Counted from the stretch's first letter, positions 28,314-38,881 are shown. The stretch is DNA of 64,000 nt from an uncultured Pelagibacteraceae bacterium (GCA_902564565.1 CACFBW010000005.1:3424-67423), one strand, 5' to 3'. Program-made: numbers and translations. The notes: a model not told the origin generated them from the sequence alone.

Positions 28314-29702
28314 ATGGGAAAAAATAAAAACAACCAAACAATATGGAAAACTCGAATTCCAAAAAAAGGCTCAAATCTATTTCAAAAAATTGGTAGCTCA
28401 ATAGAAATAGATAAAAATCTCTACAAACAAGACATTGTAGGATCAGTAGCACATGCTGAAATGCTTTTTAGACAAAAAATAATATCTTTTAAAACTAAAA
28501 ATAAAATAATTTATGGTTTAAATAAAATCAAAAATGAAATTAAGAAGAAAAAATTTACTTTTAACTATAAGCATGAAGATATTCATATGAATATTGAAAA
28601 AAGATTATTTGAAATTATTGGAGATGATGCTGGATATGTTCACACAGCAAGATCAAGAAATGATCAGGTGATAACAGATTTTAAAATTTGGATGAGAGTT
28701 GCAACTAATGATATTAATAAAAAATTAGACGTCCTTATTAAAACAATACTGAAAATTGCACAAAAAAATGTTCAAACAATTATGCCAGGTTTTACTCATT
28801 TAAAAAATGCCCAGGCTGTTTCTTTTGCTCATTACATGATGGCTTATGTTGAAATGTTTAATAGGGATAAATTTAGATTTAATAATAATCTAGAAAATCT
28901 ATATGAAAACCCTTTGGGTGTTGCGGCATTAACAGGTACGTCATTTAATATAGATAGAAATTTTACAACAAAAAAATTAGGGTTTAAAAAACCAACAAAT
29001 AATTCAATAGACACTGTTGCAGATAGAGATTTTGTTTTAGATTTTTTGTTTAGTGCTTCTGTATGTTCTTTACATATTTCAAGAATAGCAGAAGAACTTA
29101 TAATATGGAATTCTGAAGGTTTTGGCTTGATTAACCTTTCTGACAAAATTGTTACTGGTTCATCAATAATGCCACAAAAAAAGAATCCTGATTTATTAGA
29201 ATATTTAAGAGGCAAATCTGGAAATTCTTTTGGAAATTTATTTTCAATGTTAACAATTTTAAAAGGGCTACCGCTTTCTTATTTTAAAGATCTACAAGAT
29301 GATAAAGAATTAGTTTTTAAAACTAACGAAACATTAAACAATTGTATTTCTATTCTAAATGAAGTTTTAAATAACTTCAGTCCAAATAAAAAAAAAATGT
29401 TAGAGCTTGCTGAAAAAGGTTATATTACTGCAACTGACCTGGCTGACTATCTCGTTAAAAATCACAATATGTCTTTTAGAAGAGCATATCAGGTTACAGC
29501 TTCAATAGTTAATTTTGCAGAAAAAAAGAAAAAAAAACTGAATCAATTAGATTTAAATGAGTTAAAAAAAATAGAACCAATGCTTACATCAGACGTACTA
29601 AAAGTTTTTGACCTAAAATACTCAGTAAATTCAAAAAAATCATTTGGGGGAACTTCTTTTGCTAATATTAAAAAAATGATAACTAAATATAAAAAAAACT
29701 AA
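28314..29702 (+). CDS. argH: Argininosuccinate lyase
   Basis: HTARSRNDQV and GSSIMPQKKNPD. Confidence 0.97.
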   Translation: MGKNKNNQTIWKTRIPKKGSNLFQKIGSSIEIDKNLYKQDIVGSVAHAEMLFRQKIISFKTKNKIIYGLNKIKNEIKKKKFTFNYKHEDIHMNIEKRLFEIIGDDAGYVHTARSRNDQVITDFKIWMRVATNDINKKLDVLIKTILKIAQKNVQTIMPGFTHLKNAQAVSFAHYMMAYVEMFNRDKFRFNNNLENLYENPLGVAALTGTSFNIDRNFTTKKLGFKKPTNNSIDTVADRDFVLDFLFSASVCSLHISRIAEELIIWNSEGFGLINLSDKIVTGSSIMPQKKNPDLLEYLRGKSGNSFGNLFSMLTILKGLPLSYFKDLQDDKELVFKTNETLNNCISILNEVLNNFSPNKKKMLELAEKGYITATDLADYLVKNHNMSFRRAYQVTASIVNFAEKKKKKLNQLDLNELKKIEPMLTSDVLKVFDLKYSVNSKKSFGGTSFANIKKMITKYKKN

Positions 29703-29703
29703 A

Positions 29704-29820
29704 ATGAGAAAAAAAATTATATTAACCTTGTTATGTTTACTTTGTTTATTTTCCTGTGGAAAAAAAGGTGACCCTGAATATAAATCAGAAATAAATAATT
29801 CCACTACATTAAGAATATAA
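29704..29820 (+). CDS. Small lipoprotein, LptM/YifL/LppL-like (38 aa)
   Basis: Manual translation MRKKIILTLLCLLCLFSCGKKGDPEYK...; lipobox LFSC followed by GKKG; canonical position between argH and lysA; stop overlaps the lysA ATG. Confidence 0.82.
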   Translation: MRKKIILTLLCLLCLFSCGKKGDPEYKSEINNSTTLRI

Positions 29821-31034
29821 TGAAATATATTGGTAAAAATTTTTTCATCGAAGGTGTAAAAGTTAAAAATTTAGCAAAAAAATTTCAAACGCCTATCTAT
29901 TGTTATTCATACAGAAGATTAAAAGAAAATATAAGAAGTTTTAAAAAAAATTTTAAAAGTTTAAATCCAATTATATGTTTTGCTGTCAAAGCAAATGCAA
30001 ATTTAAAACTATTAAAAGAAATAAAAAAATTCAATTTAGGTGCTGATGTAGTATCAATAGGAGAATTAACAAAGGCATTGAAGGCAGGCATTCAATCAAA
30101 AAAAATAGTTTTCTCTGGTGTTGGCAAAACATCAGAAGAGTTAAATTTCGCAATTAGTAAAAAAATACTACTAATTAATGTTGAATCAAAAAGCGAAATT
30201 TTAGAAATTGAGAAAATTGCAAAAAGAAAAAAGAAAACAGTTAATATTGGAATTAGATTAAATCCAAATACTGATCCAAAAACACTAAGCCAGATATCAA
30301 CAGGAAAGAAACAAGACAAATTTGGTGTTACTGAAAATATTTTTTTAGAATTAGTTAAATATGTAAAAAATTGTAAATTCATTAAACTTAAATGTATAAG
30401 CGTTCATATTGGTAGCCAAATTTTAAATCACCAGCCCTATGAAAAAATGTTGAAAGTTGTTGATAGAGTTATAAAAAAAACAAATTATAAATTTGAATTT
30501 ATTGACTTAGGTGGAGGTATGGGAATCTCTTATGGTAAAAAAGTTAAAAATTTAAACTATAAAAGATATGTGGCTGCTATAAAAAAAGTTTTAAAAAGAC
30601 ATAAAGCTAAAATTATTTTTGAACCTGGTAGATCAATAATTGGTAACACGGGAATACTTGTTTCAAAAGTACTTTATATTAAGGAAAGTGCTAAAAAAAA
30701 TTTTATAATTTTAGATGCGGCAATGAACGATTTAATGAGGCCAGCTTTATACGGTGCTGAACATCTTATTATTCCTGAAAGTAAAAATAATATTTTAACA
30801 AAAAAAACTTATGAATTTGTTGGTCCAATTTGTGAAAGTACAGACAGATTCTTAACAACAAAAAAATTTCAAAAGTTAAATGAAAAAGATTTAATTATAA
30901 TTTCTGATGTTGGTGCTTATGGTATGTCTTTAAGCTCAAATTATAATGTAAGATTAAAACCTGCAGAAATCTTAATTAAAGGATTTAAAATTAATTTAAT
31001 TAAAAAAAGACAAAAGCTTAAAGATTTAATGTAG
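29820..31034 (+). CDS. lysA: Diaminopimelate decarboxylase
   Basis: FAVKAN, HIGSQ, EPGR, GPICES and GAYG motifs. Confidence 0.96.
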   Translation: MKYIGKNFFIEGVKVKNLAKKFQTPIYCYSYRRLKENIRSFKKNFKSLNPIICFAVKANANLKLLKEIKKFNLGADVVSIGELTKALKAGIQSKKIVFSGVGKTSEELNFAISKKILLINVESKSEILEIEKIAKRKKKTVNIGIRLNPNTDPKTLSQISTGKKQDKFGVTENIFLELVKYVKNCKFIKLKCISVHIGSQILNHQPYEKMLKVVDRVIKKTNYKFEFIDLGGGMGISYGKKVKNLNYKRYVAAIKKVLKRHKAKIIFEPGRSIIGNTGILVSKVLYIKESAKKNFIILDAAMNDLMRPALYGAEHLIIPESKNNILTKKTYEFVGPICESTDRFLTTKKFQKLNEKDLIIISDVGAYGMSLSSNYNVRLKPAEILIKGFKINLIKKRQKLKDLM

Positions 31035-31046
31035 TTTTTGGATTAA

Positions 31047-31748
31047 ATGATAAGAAATTTTTTATTTTCAATTTTTTTTTATATAGGAATTATTTTTATT
31101 TCTATAGTGTTTTTACCTTCTTTTTTTTTACCACAAAAGATTGTTTTGTTAGGAGGTAAGTTAATGGGGCATTGGACAGGAATATGTTTAAAAATTTTTT
31201 TATCTACTAAAATAGTAATCAAAGGCAAAGAAAATTTAATAAATAATGAAAAGTTTTTTATTGCTTCTTCCCACCAATCAATGTTTGAAACTTTTTTTTT
31301 ACAAACAATTTTTAATTCTCCAATTTTTATTCTGAAAAAAGAATTATTAAAGATTCCTATATTTGGTTGGTATTTAATAAAAATTGGTTCAATTTCTATT
31401 GATCGTGGAAAAACCACTAAAACAAATATTAATTTTTTTGAGAAAATTTCACAATCGATAAATAAATCAAAAAGACCTTTAATAATTTTTCCTCAAGGAA
31501 CTCGATTGCTTCCAGATGACAGGTCACCTTTTAAAAAAGGAGCTAGCAGAATATATGATGAATTAAATATTAAATGCCAACCAGTGGCAATTAATTCAGG
31601 ATATATTTGGCCAAAAAAAGGAAGCTTAAAATCAAATTTAACATTAACAATTTCAATTTTAAAACCAATAGACCCTGGAAAAAATAAATTAGAATTTTTA
31701 GAAAAACTACAAAAAGAAATTTACACAGAATTAGATCTTTTAAATTAG
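31047..31748 (+). CDS. plsC: 1-acyl-sn-glycerol-3-phosphate acyltransferase
   Basis: HQSMFET and IFPQGTR acyltransferase motifs. Confidence 0.88.
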   Translation: MIRNFLFSIFFYIGIIFISIVFLPSFFLPQKIVLLGGKLMGHWTGICLKIFLSTKIVIKGKENLINNEKFFIASSHQSMFETFFLQTIFNSPIFILKKELLKIPIFGWYLIKIGSISIDRGKTTKTNINFFEKISQSINKSKRPLIIFPQGTRLLPDDRSPFKKGASRIYDELNIKCQPVAINSGYIWPKKGSLKSNLTLTISILKPIDPGKNKLEFLEKLQKEIYTELDLLN

Positions 31749-32857
31749 CCTTTCATTGGCATAACAACGTAAATGCTATCAAAATCAGATGGGTCTTTAA
31801 TTAAAGCGGGCGAACCAGTATCATTAAAAAAAATTTCTATTTTTTCTCCCTCGAGTTGTGATGCAACATCTATTAAATATCTAGAATTAAAACTTATATT
31901 TAAATCATGATCAAATTTAACATTTAAACTTTCTTTACCATCTCCACTATTAGTGTTGTTAACTGATAAATTTAATACATCTTTAGTTAAATTAAATTTT
32001 ACACCATCTTTTTTATCCAAAGAAACAGAAGCAACTCTATCAACTGAATCTAGAAATAATTTTAAATCTACTTCAAGTTTTTTTTGATTATTTTTTGGTA
32101 TAACTTGGGAATAATTAGGAAATTTTCCATCAATTAATTTTGAAATTAAAATACTATTATTTAATTCAAACTTAATCTTTGATTTAATATTAGAAATTTT
32201 TACTTCTCCATCATAATCCTCTAATAAAGAACATAACTGGAAAATTGTTTTTTTAGGTAGTATAATTGAATCAAAATCAACCTTTTCAGAAATTCTAAAT
32301 TTTGATATGGACATTCTATGACTGTCTGTGGCTGCTCCAGTCAAAAAAACTTTATCCTCTGATTGTGTTTGATGTAAAAAAATCCCACTCAAATAATGTC
32401 TAGTTTCATCATTAGTTACTGAAAACTTACATTTATTTAATAATTTTAATAGTTGTTTTGACTTAACTATAAATTCATTCTTATTAAAGTTTTCATCAGT
32501 TATTGGAAATTCGGAAGGACTTATACAATTAAGATTAAAAACAGATTTTTCCGATTCAACGTGCAACCTATTTTCACCACTTAATGACAAATTGATTTTT
32601 TTACCAGAAGAAAATTTTCTTACAATATCATACATAATTGATGAAGTAGTTGTAGTTTTTCCCTCTTCAAGAATTTCAACATTATTAATTTGGTGTATAA
32701 AAATTAAATCTAAATCTGTTGCTGTAATTGTAAGCTTGGATCCTCCCGTTTCTAATAAAATGTTGGATAAAATTGGTAAAGTGCTTCTTTTTTCTATTAT
32801 ACCCTGACAATAATTTAAAGATTTTTGTAAGTCTTGTTGATTAACATTAAATTTCAT
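31745..32857 (-). CDS. dnaN: DNA polymerase III beta clamp
   Basis: TLPILSN, ATDLD, ETRHYL, ATDSHR and VVMPM. Confidence 0.97.
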   Translation of the reverse strand: MKFNVNQQDLQKSLNYCQGIIEKRSTLPILSNILLETGGSKLTITATDLDLIFIHQINNVEILEEGKTTTTSSIMYDIVRKFSSGKKINLSLSGENRLHVESEKSVFNLNCISPSEFPITDENFNKNEFIVKSKQLLKLLNKCKFSVTNDETRHYLSGIFLHQTQSEDKVFLTGAATDSHRMSISKFRISEKVDFDSIILPKKTIFQLCSLLEDYDGEVKISNIKSKIKFELNNSILISKLIDGKFPNYSQVIPKNNQKKLEVDLKLFLDSVDRVASVSLDKKDGVKFNLTKDVLNLSVNNTNSGDGKESLNVKFDHDLNISFNSRYLIDVASQLEGEKIEIFFNDTGSPALIKDPSDFDSIYVVMPMKG

Positions 32858-34256
32858 TATTTTTATTGTATAAAATTTTATTTTTTAAAGCGTCAATATT
32901 TGAATTAAGCTCTAAATCACTTTTTTTTAATTTTTCAATGGTTTTAACTGAATGTATTATTGTTGTGTGGTCTCTATTTGAAAATTCTCTGCCTATTTCT
33001 GGCAATGATTTTGATGTAAGAATTTTAGTAAGATAAATCGCTGTTTGTCTAGGTCTTACAAGGTATCTGGATCTTCTTGATGACAACATCTCATTTTTGC
33101 TTATCTTAAAAAATTTGCACACAATTGATTGTATTTGATCGATTGTAACATTGTTTTCTGACAAGTTTAGCAAATCTTTTAATATAACTTTTATTTCAGA
33201 TAAGTTTGGCTCTTTATTATAAATTCTTGAAAAAGATACAACTCTATTAATTGCGCCTACAATTTCTCTGATATTGGTTTTAATTTCAGTACTAATAAAT
33301 TTCTTAATATCTTCTGACAATTTAATTTGGCTTGTGTTCAAAAGATTAAGTTCTTCTATTTTTAATTGTATAATTTTATACCTCAATTCAAAATCTGGTT
33401 TTTGAATATCAATAACCAATCCTCCAGCGAATCTAGATTTAATTCTCTCCTGAATTCTAGATAATTTATTTGGTGCTCTATCTGCAGAAATTATTACTTG
33501 AGAACCTTTTTCAACTAAGGCATTAAATGTGTGAAAAAATTCCTCTTGCATAGCTTCTTTACCATTCATAAATTGTATATCGTCAATAATTAGAACATCG
33601 GTATTTCTAAAATAATCTTTAAACTTAACCATTTCGTTTGATTTTATAGATTTTACAAACTGATACATAAATCTTTCTGCAGAAATAAACATTATTTTTT
33701 TATTACTTTTTAGACTCATGCCTATTGCATTTAGCAAATGTGTCTTGCCCATTCCAACGCCTCCATAAATATATAATGGATTATAATAGGCTAAATTGTC
33801 TGTTACTTTTTTGGATGCTTCAAATGCTAATTTATTGCTTTGTCCAATAATAAAATTGTCAAAACTTTTATTTTGATCGATTCTATTATATTGCAAAAAG
33901 CTATCTTTAATAAAAGATACATTTTCATTTTTATTTATAAATTTAGTACTTACATCAACATTTTCATAGCTTGTTTCTTGAATTTTTAGTTCAATTCTAA
34001 CAATGCTCTTATTAAATTCTTTAATGATTTTTAAAATTTCATCTAAATACCTTGATGTAATCCAATCTCTGATAAACCTTGTCGATACTGACAATAAAAT
34101 ATAATTTTTAAACTCTTCAACAAAATTTAATTTACGCAACCAACTTTCAAAAATATCGTTCCCAAAATTACTTTTCATGCGCAATTGCACTTCGTTCCAA
34201 TTAATTTTAGACTGTGTAATATTTGCAGTGTTTTTTGATAAATTATTTTTATTCAT
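32847..34256 (-). CDS. dnaA: Chromosomal replication initiator
   Basis: YNPLYIYGGVGMGKTHL, DDIQF, QEEFFHTFN and RDHTTIIH. Confidence 0.98.
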   Translation of the reverse strand: MNKNNLSKNTANITQSKINWNEVQLRMKSNFGNDIFESWLRKLNFVEEFKNYILLSVSTRFIRDWITSRYLDEILKIIKEFNKSIVRIELKIQETSYENVDVSTKFINKNENVSFIKDSFLQYNRIDQNKSFDNFIIGQSNKLAFEASKKVTDNLAYYNPLYIYGGVGMGKTHLLNAIGMSLKSNKKIMFISAERFMYQFVKSIKSNEMVKFKDYFRNTDVLIIDDIQFMNGKEAMQEEFFHTFNALVEKGSQVIISADRAPNKLSRIQERIKSRFAGGLVIDIQKPDFELRYKIIQLKIEELNLLNTSQIKLSEDIKKFISTEIKTNIREIVGAINRVVSFSRIYNKEPNLSEIKVILKDLLNLSENNVTIDQIQSIVCKFFKISKNEMLSSRRSRYLVRPRQTAIYLTKILTSKSLPEIGREFSNRDHTTIIHSVKTIEKLKKSDLELNSNIDALKNKILYNKNNEI

Positions 34257-34554
34257 TAAATTTTCTGGATTGGATTGAGTTAAGGCTAAAACTAAAATTA
34301 TGCAATAAAATATTTTTAAATTTAAAAATAAAATAAACTCCAGAAGTGCATACGGTCTTGTCTCAACCTAACGATGTAGAAAAAAAAAGAAAAAAAAAAA
34401 AATAAACTTTTAAAGTGAAAAAAAAAATTTCTAAAATAATTTAAAAAAACTTGACATCTACATGTTGTAAAAAATTAAAAAAAAATTTTACATTTAGTAT
34501 AATTACCTTTGATTGAATTAATTTTAAAAATTGTTCAACTAAGAGTAGATAGCT

Positions 34555-34815
34555 CTATAAGGATGATATTTTTTTAGTGATCCTTGAAACGTTTCTAGAG
34601 GCGTTTTGTTTTTTAATAATTCCAGTTTTTGCAACCTTGATAAGTTCTGAATTCAACTTGGGTAAGAATTTTAATGCTTCCTGTTTTTTTTTAGATTCAA
34701 TTAAAAGGTTCATTTTTTTTATTGCGTTTTTAAATTTGCTTTTACGTACTTTGTTCACTGCTGTTTGTCGAGCAATTCTTCTTATTCTTTTGATTGCTGA
34801 TTTAGTGTTTGCCAT
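34555..34815 (-). CDS. rpsT: 30S ribosomal protein S20
   Basis: MANTKSAIKRIR...KQNASR; TTGACC-17-TATACC promoter at 34852-34824. Confidence 0.96.
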   Translation of the reverse strand: MANTKSAIKRIRRIARQTAVNKVRKSKFKNAIKKMNLLIESKKKQEALKFLPKLNSELIKVAKTGIIKKQNASRNVSRITKKISSL

Positions 34816-34951
34816 ACGCGCTGGGTATAACCTGAGAATTTAACACGGTCAATAGAATAATTTCTTATTTTTTGATGCTCACAACAAAAAAGTTGATCTA
34901 TTAATTCTGGCATTTCACACTATATTGATAACCATAAAAAATTTATTTTAT

Positions 34952-35659
34952 ATGCAACAATATCTTCAAAATAAAAAAGGATTGGTCGACAAGGTCTTCA
35001 ATAAAGTATTTGATAAATATGATTTAATGAATGATTTTATGTCCTTTGGAGTACATAGAATTTGGAAAAAAGATTTTATTTTATCTATGAATCCTGCAAG
35101 AGGGAAAAAGATGATAGATGTGGCATGCGGAACTGGCGACATAGGAAAACTTTATTTAGATTTAACAAATAAAAATGAAGAAATTTTTTGCGTAGACCCT
35201 AACAAAAGCATGATAAAAAAAGGTAAAAAAAAATTAATTAATTATAAAAATATTAAATGGTTAATAGGGACAGCAGAAAATTTACCAGTAAAAAATAATT
35301 CTTTTGATTATTACTCAATAAGTTTTGGTTTGCGTAATGCAAAAAATTTAGATAAAGCTTTATCAGAAGCATATAGGGTTCTAAAACCTGGTGGTCGTTT
35401 TTTGTGTCTTGAATTCTCAAAAATAGATAACGAAAATTTAAATATTCTTTACAGAAATTATTCAAAAATTATTCCTGAAATTGGAAAGATAATTGTTGGA
35501 GACCCAAAACCTTATGAATATCTAATAAAAAGTATTGAAAAATTTGTTAATCAAAATCAGCTAATAGAGTTAATGAAAAAAAATAAATTTGAGAATTGTA
35601 CATATAGAAATTTATCTGCTGGTATCGTTGCAATACACTCTGGTTGGAAAATCAAATGA
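34952..35659 (+). CDS. ubiE: Ubiquinone/menaquinone C-methyltransferase
   Basis: YDLMNDFMSFGVHRIWK, DVACGTGD and RVLKPGG; likely ATG 34952. Confidence 0.95.
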   Translation: MQQYLQNKKGLVDKVFNKVFDKYDLMNDFMSFGVHRIWKKDFILSMNPARGKKMIDVACGTGDIGKLYLDLTNKNEEIFCVDPNKSMIKKGKKKLINYKNIKWLIGTAENLPVKNNSFDYYSISFGLRNAKNLDKALSEAYRVLKPGGRFLCLEFSKIDNENLNILYRNYSKIIPEIGKIIVGDPKPYEYLIKSIEKFVNQNQLIELMKKNKFENCTYRNLSAGIVAIHSGWKIK

Positions 35660-37224
35660 TAACAAGATTAATTATATTATTTAAAATCGGAAGAAAATTA
35701 GCACAATCTGAAATTTTAGAAATTTTTTCAAAATTTCATGAGATACCCACTTTTATAAAAATTTTATTCTATTTTTTATCATTTTCTTTCAAAAAAAAAG
35801 GTCAAATTAATTATAATGTTGAAGAAAAAAAAAGATTGTCAAATTCATTACAGTCAATGGGAACAACTTTTATAAAACTTGGTCAATTTTTAGCTACTCG
35901 CCCTGATATTATTGGTGATGATTTGTCAAAACAATTAGAAACACTTCAAGACAAACTTCCTCCTTTTTCTTTGTCTGAAGCAAAAAATATAATTAGAAAA
36001 GATTTGGGTGATCAAATGTTTAACTCAATAATTAATATAAGTGAACCAGTTGCAGCTGCCTCAATAGCTCAAGTTCATAAAGCTCAAATAGATGATAATG
36101 GAATCATCAAAGATGTAGCAATAAAAATTTTAAGACCCAAAATTAAAAAAATCTTTAATGATGAGATAGATGCACTAATGTTTTTTGCTTTTATAATAGA
36201 ATCACTAATTAAAAAAACAAAAAGACTAAAATTAGTTGAAGTTACTTTTCTTTTAAAACAAATAACAAATCATGAAATGGATTTGCGATTTGAAGCGGCC
36301 GCTGCAAATGAATATGCTGAAAATACAAAAAATGATTTGGGTTTTAAAGTTCCTAATATCTACTGGAACTTTACTAGTGAAAACATAATGACATTAGATT
36401 GGATTGAAGGAAGTTCAATTCGTGAAACTGAGCTTTTACAAAATCAAAATATCGATACAAACAAAATTGCAACTGACATAATACAACACTTTTTAAGACA
36501 CGCTGTGAGAGATGGTTTTTTTCATGCAGACATGCATCAAGGAAACATTTTTGTTGATAAGAATGGTCAAATAATACCAATTGATTTTGGGATAATGGGC
36601 AGGTTAGATAAATTAAGCAAAAGATTTTTAGCTGAAATTTTATATGGATTTATTCAAAGAGACTATAAAAAAGTTGCTGAAGTTCATCTTGCTGCAGGAC
36701 TAGTACCAAAAAATGTACCTGTAGATGAATTAGCACAAGCCTTAAGATCTATTGGCGAGCCAATTTTTGGACAAACAGTAAAAGATATTTCTGGTGGAAA
36801 ACTCTTAAAACAGCTTTTTGATGTAACGGAAAAATTTAACATGCAAACTCAGCCGCAACTTTTATTGCTTCAAAAAACTATGGTAGTAGTAGAAGGTGTT
36901 GCTAGAAAATTAAATCCTAACACAAACATTTGGGAAACATCAAAACCAGTTTTAGAAAATTGGCTTAAAGAAACCAAGGATCCAATCAATTCTATAAATG
37001 ATACATTAAAAAATACATCGGAGGTTTTAAAAAGGTTGCCAGAATTTCCTGATATCATGGACAAAGCAAATCAAGCATTAAGTTTTCTAGCTAGTGGACA
37101 AATACCACAAGATTCAAATTCTTATAATGCTTTAAATGAAGCAAAATCAGAAATGATTGCTTTTAGAAACCAGACAGCTATTGGTTTATTATTACTTGTA
37201 ATTTTTGGACTATTAGTATTTTAA
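35656..37224 (+). CDS. ubiB: Ubiquinone biosynthesis kinase-like protein
   Basis: IKLGQ..TRPD, AASIAQVH, FFHADMHQGN and DFG. Confidence 0.96.
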   Translation: MITRLIILFKIGRKLAQSEILEIFSKFHEIPTFIKILFYFLSFSFKKKGQINYNVEEKKRLSNSLQSMGTTFIKLGQFLATRPDIIGDDLSKQLETLQDKLPPFSLSEAKNIIRKDLGDQMFNSIINISEPVAAASIAQVHKAQIDDNGIIKDVAIKILRPKIKKIFNDEIDALMFFAFIIESLIKKTKRLKLVEVTFLLKQITNHEMDLRFEAAAANEYAENTKNDLGFKVPNIYWNFTSENIMTLDWIEGSSIRETELLQNQNIDTNKIATDIIQHFLRHAVRDGFFHADMHQGNIFVDKNGQIIPIDFGIMGRLDKLSKRFLAEILYGFIQRDYKKVAEVHLAAGLVPKNVPVDELAQALRSIGEPIFGQTVKDISGGKLLKQLFDVTEKFNMQTQPQLLLLQKTMVVVEGVARKLNPNTNIWETSKPVLENWLKETKDPINSINDTLKNTSEVLKRLPEFPDIMDKANQALSFLASGQIPQDSNSYNALNEAKSEMIAFRNQTAIGLLLLVIFGLLVF

Positions 37225-37232
37225 TTTGATCA

Positions 37233-38438
37233 ATGAATAATTTGTTAAATAAAAAAATACTTTTAATTATATGTGGGGGAATTTCTGCATACAAAAGTTT
37301 AGAATTAATAAGATCGTTCAAGAAAAAAGGTGCACAAATTAAAACTATTTTAACAAATAGCGCAAAACAATTTGTTACACCTTTGTCAATTACATCTCTC
37401 TCACAAGAAAAAGTTTATGATGATTTATTTAGTTTGGAAAATGAAATTGAAATGGATCATATTTCTCTATCAAGATGGTCCGATGTAATACTAGTAGCTC
37501 CAGCAACAGCAAATACTATAGCTAAATTAAGTTCTGGCTCTTCAGATGATTTAGCTTCAACAGTAATGCTAGCGTCCGACAAGGATATTTTTTTGGCACC
37601 AGCAATGAATGTAAGAATGTGGGAAAATCGTTCTACGAAAGAAAATATAAATAAATTAAAAAATTATGGGTTTAGTTTAATTGGTCCTGAAATAGGTGAT
37701 ATGGCATGTGGTGAATTTGGCGAAGGTAAAATGTCAGAACCAGAGCAAATTATAAAAAAAATAGAAAACTATTTTGATAGTTTGTCTAAAAATAAAAAAT
37801 TTAGGGCGCTTGTGACAGCAGGTCCTACTCGTGAGTACATTGACCCAGTGAGATTTATAACTAACAAATCAAGTGGCAAGCAAGGTTATGAATTAGCAAA
37901 ATCATTATCAAAAAAAGGTTTTGAAACAACCTTGATATCCGGTCCAACAAATTTAGAAGTGGAAAAAGATATAAATTTTATAGAAGTCGAGACTGCCGAT
38001 CAAATGTTTAAAGAAACTCAAAAAAATTTACCTGTTGATGTTGCTATATTTTCTGCTGCAGTTGCTGATTTTAAAGTTCAAAAACAACAGCCAGAAAAAA
38101 TTAAAAAAAAAGAATATTTAAATCTTGGTTTAGAAAAAAATATAGACATTCTTAATTACGTATCTAGTCATAATTCTTTAAGACCAAAGCTTGTTATAGG
38201 TTTTGCGGCAGAAACTATTAATTTGGAAAATAATTCTAAAAAAAAATTAATAGATAAAAACTGTGATTGGATAATTGCGAACGATGTATCAAACAATTCT
38301 ATAGGCTTTAATTCAGATTTTAATGAAGTTACAATTTTTTATAAAAATAAAAACATGAAAGAAGAAAAACTATCTTTAAAGAAAAAATCTGAAATTTCTG
38401 ATGAGATAGTTGATAGGGTTTTGGACCAATTAAATTAA
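37233..38438 (+). CDS. coaBC: Phosphopantothenoylcysteine decarboxylase/ligase
   Basis: APATANTIAK, PAMN, ACGEFGEG and TAGPTREYIDPVRF. Confidence 0.96.
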   Translation: MNNLLNKKILLIICGGISAYKSLELIRSFKKKGAQIKTILTNSAKQFVTPLSITSLSQEKVYDDLFSLENEIEMDHISLSRWSDVILVAPATANTIAKLSSGSSDDLASTVMLASDKDIFLAPAMNVRMWENRSTKENINKLKNYGFSLIGPEIGDMACGEFGEGKMSEPEQIIKKIENYFDSLSKNKKFRALVTAGPTREYIDPVRFITNKSSGKQGYELAKSLSKKGFETTLISGPTNLEVEKDINFIEVETADQMFKETQKNLPVDVAIFSAAVADFKVQKQQPEKIKKKEYLNLGLEKNIDILNYVSSHNSLRPKLVIGFAAETINLENNSKKKLIDKNCDWIIANDVSNNSIGFNSDFNEVTIFYKNKNMKEEKLSLKKKSEISDEIVDRVLDQLN

Positions 38439-38443
38439 TTTTA

Positions 38444-38881
38444 ATGGTAAAAGTATTAATAAAAAAACTTAATCCTGATGTTCAAATACCAAAGTATAAA
38501 ACCGAAGGAGCCTCAGGTGTGGATTTAATGGCTTTTATTAACGAACCAATTAAACTTGCTCCTAATAAATCATGCTTGGTTCCAACTGGTTTATCAGTTG
38601 CTTTTTCAGATGAATGTGAAATACAAATAAGACCCAGATCAGGACTTGCAGCTAAAAATCAAATATCTGTTTTAAATACTCCTGGAACAATTGATAGCGA
38701 CTATAGAGGTGAAATAAAAATAATACTTTTTAATCATGGAAACCAAGATTTTATAATTAATAATAAAGATCGTGTAGCACAGATGATCTTAACGCCAGTT
38801 CACAAAATGGATTTAGAAGAAGTTGATAGTTTGCCAGCATCAATTAGAGGAAAAGGAGGATTTGGCTCTACAGGCAAATGA
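38444..38881 (+). CDS. dut: dUTP pyrophosphatase
   Basis: RPRSGLA, GTIDSDYRGE and RGKGGFGSTG. Confidence 0.97.
   Translation: MVKVLIKKLNPDVQIPKYKTEGASGVDLMAFINEPIKLAPNKSCLVPTGLSVAFSDECEIQIRPRSGLAAKNQISVLNTPGTIDSDYRGEIKIILFNHGNQDFIINNKDRVAQMILTPVHKMDLEEVDSLPASIRGKGGFGSTGK

Noticed and set aside
34380-34440. Long poly-A tracts as a phase-variation site
   Set aside because: Homopolymers are ubiquitous in this genome and may be assembly-sensitive; may simply be the rpsT termination region.
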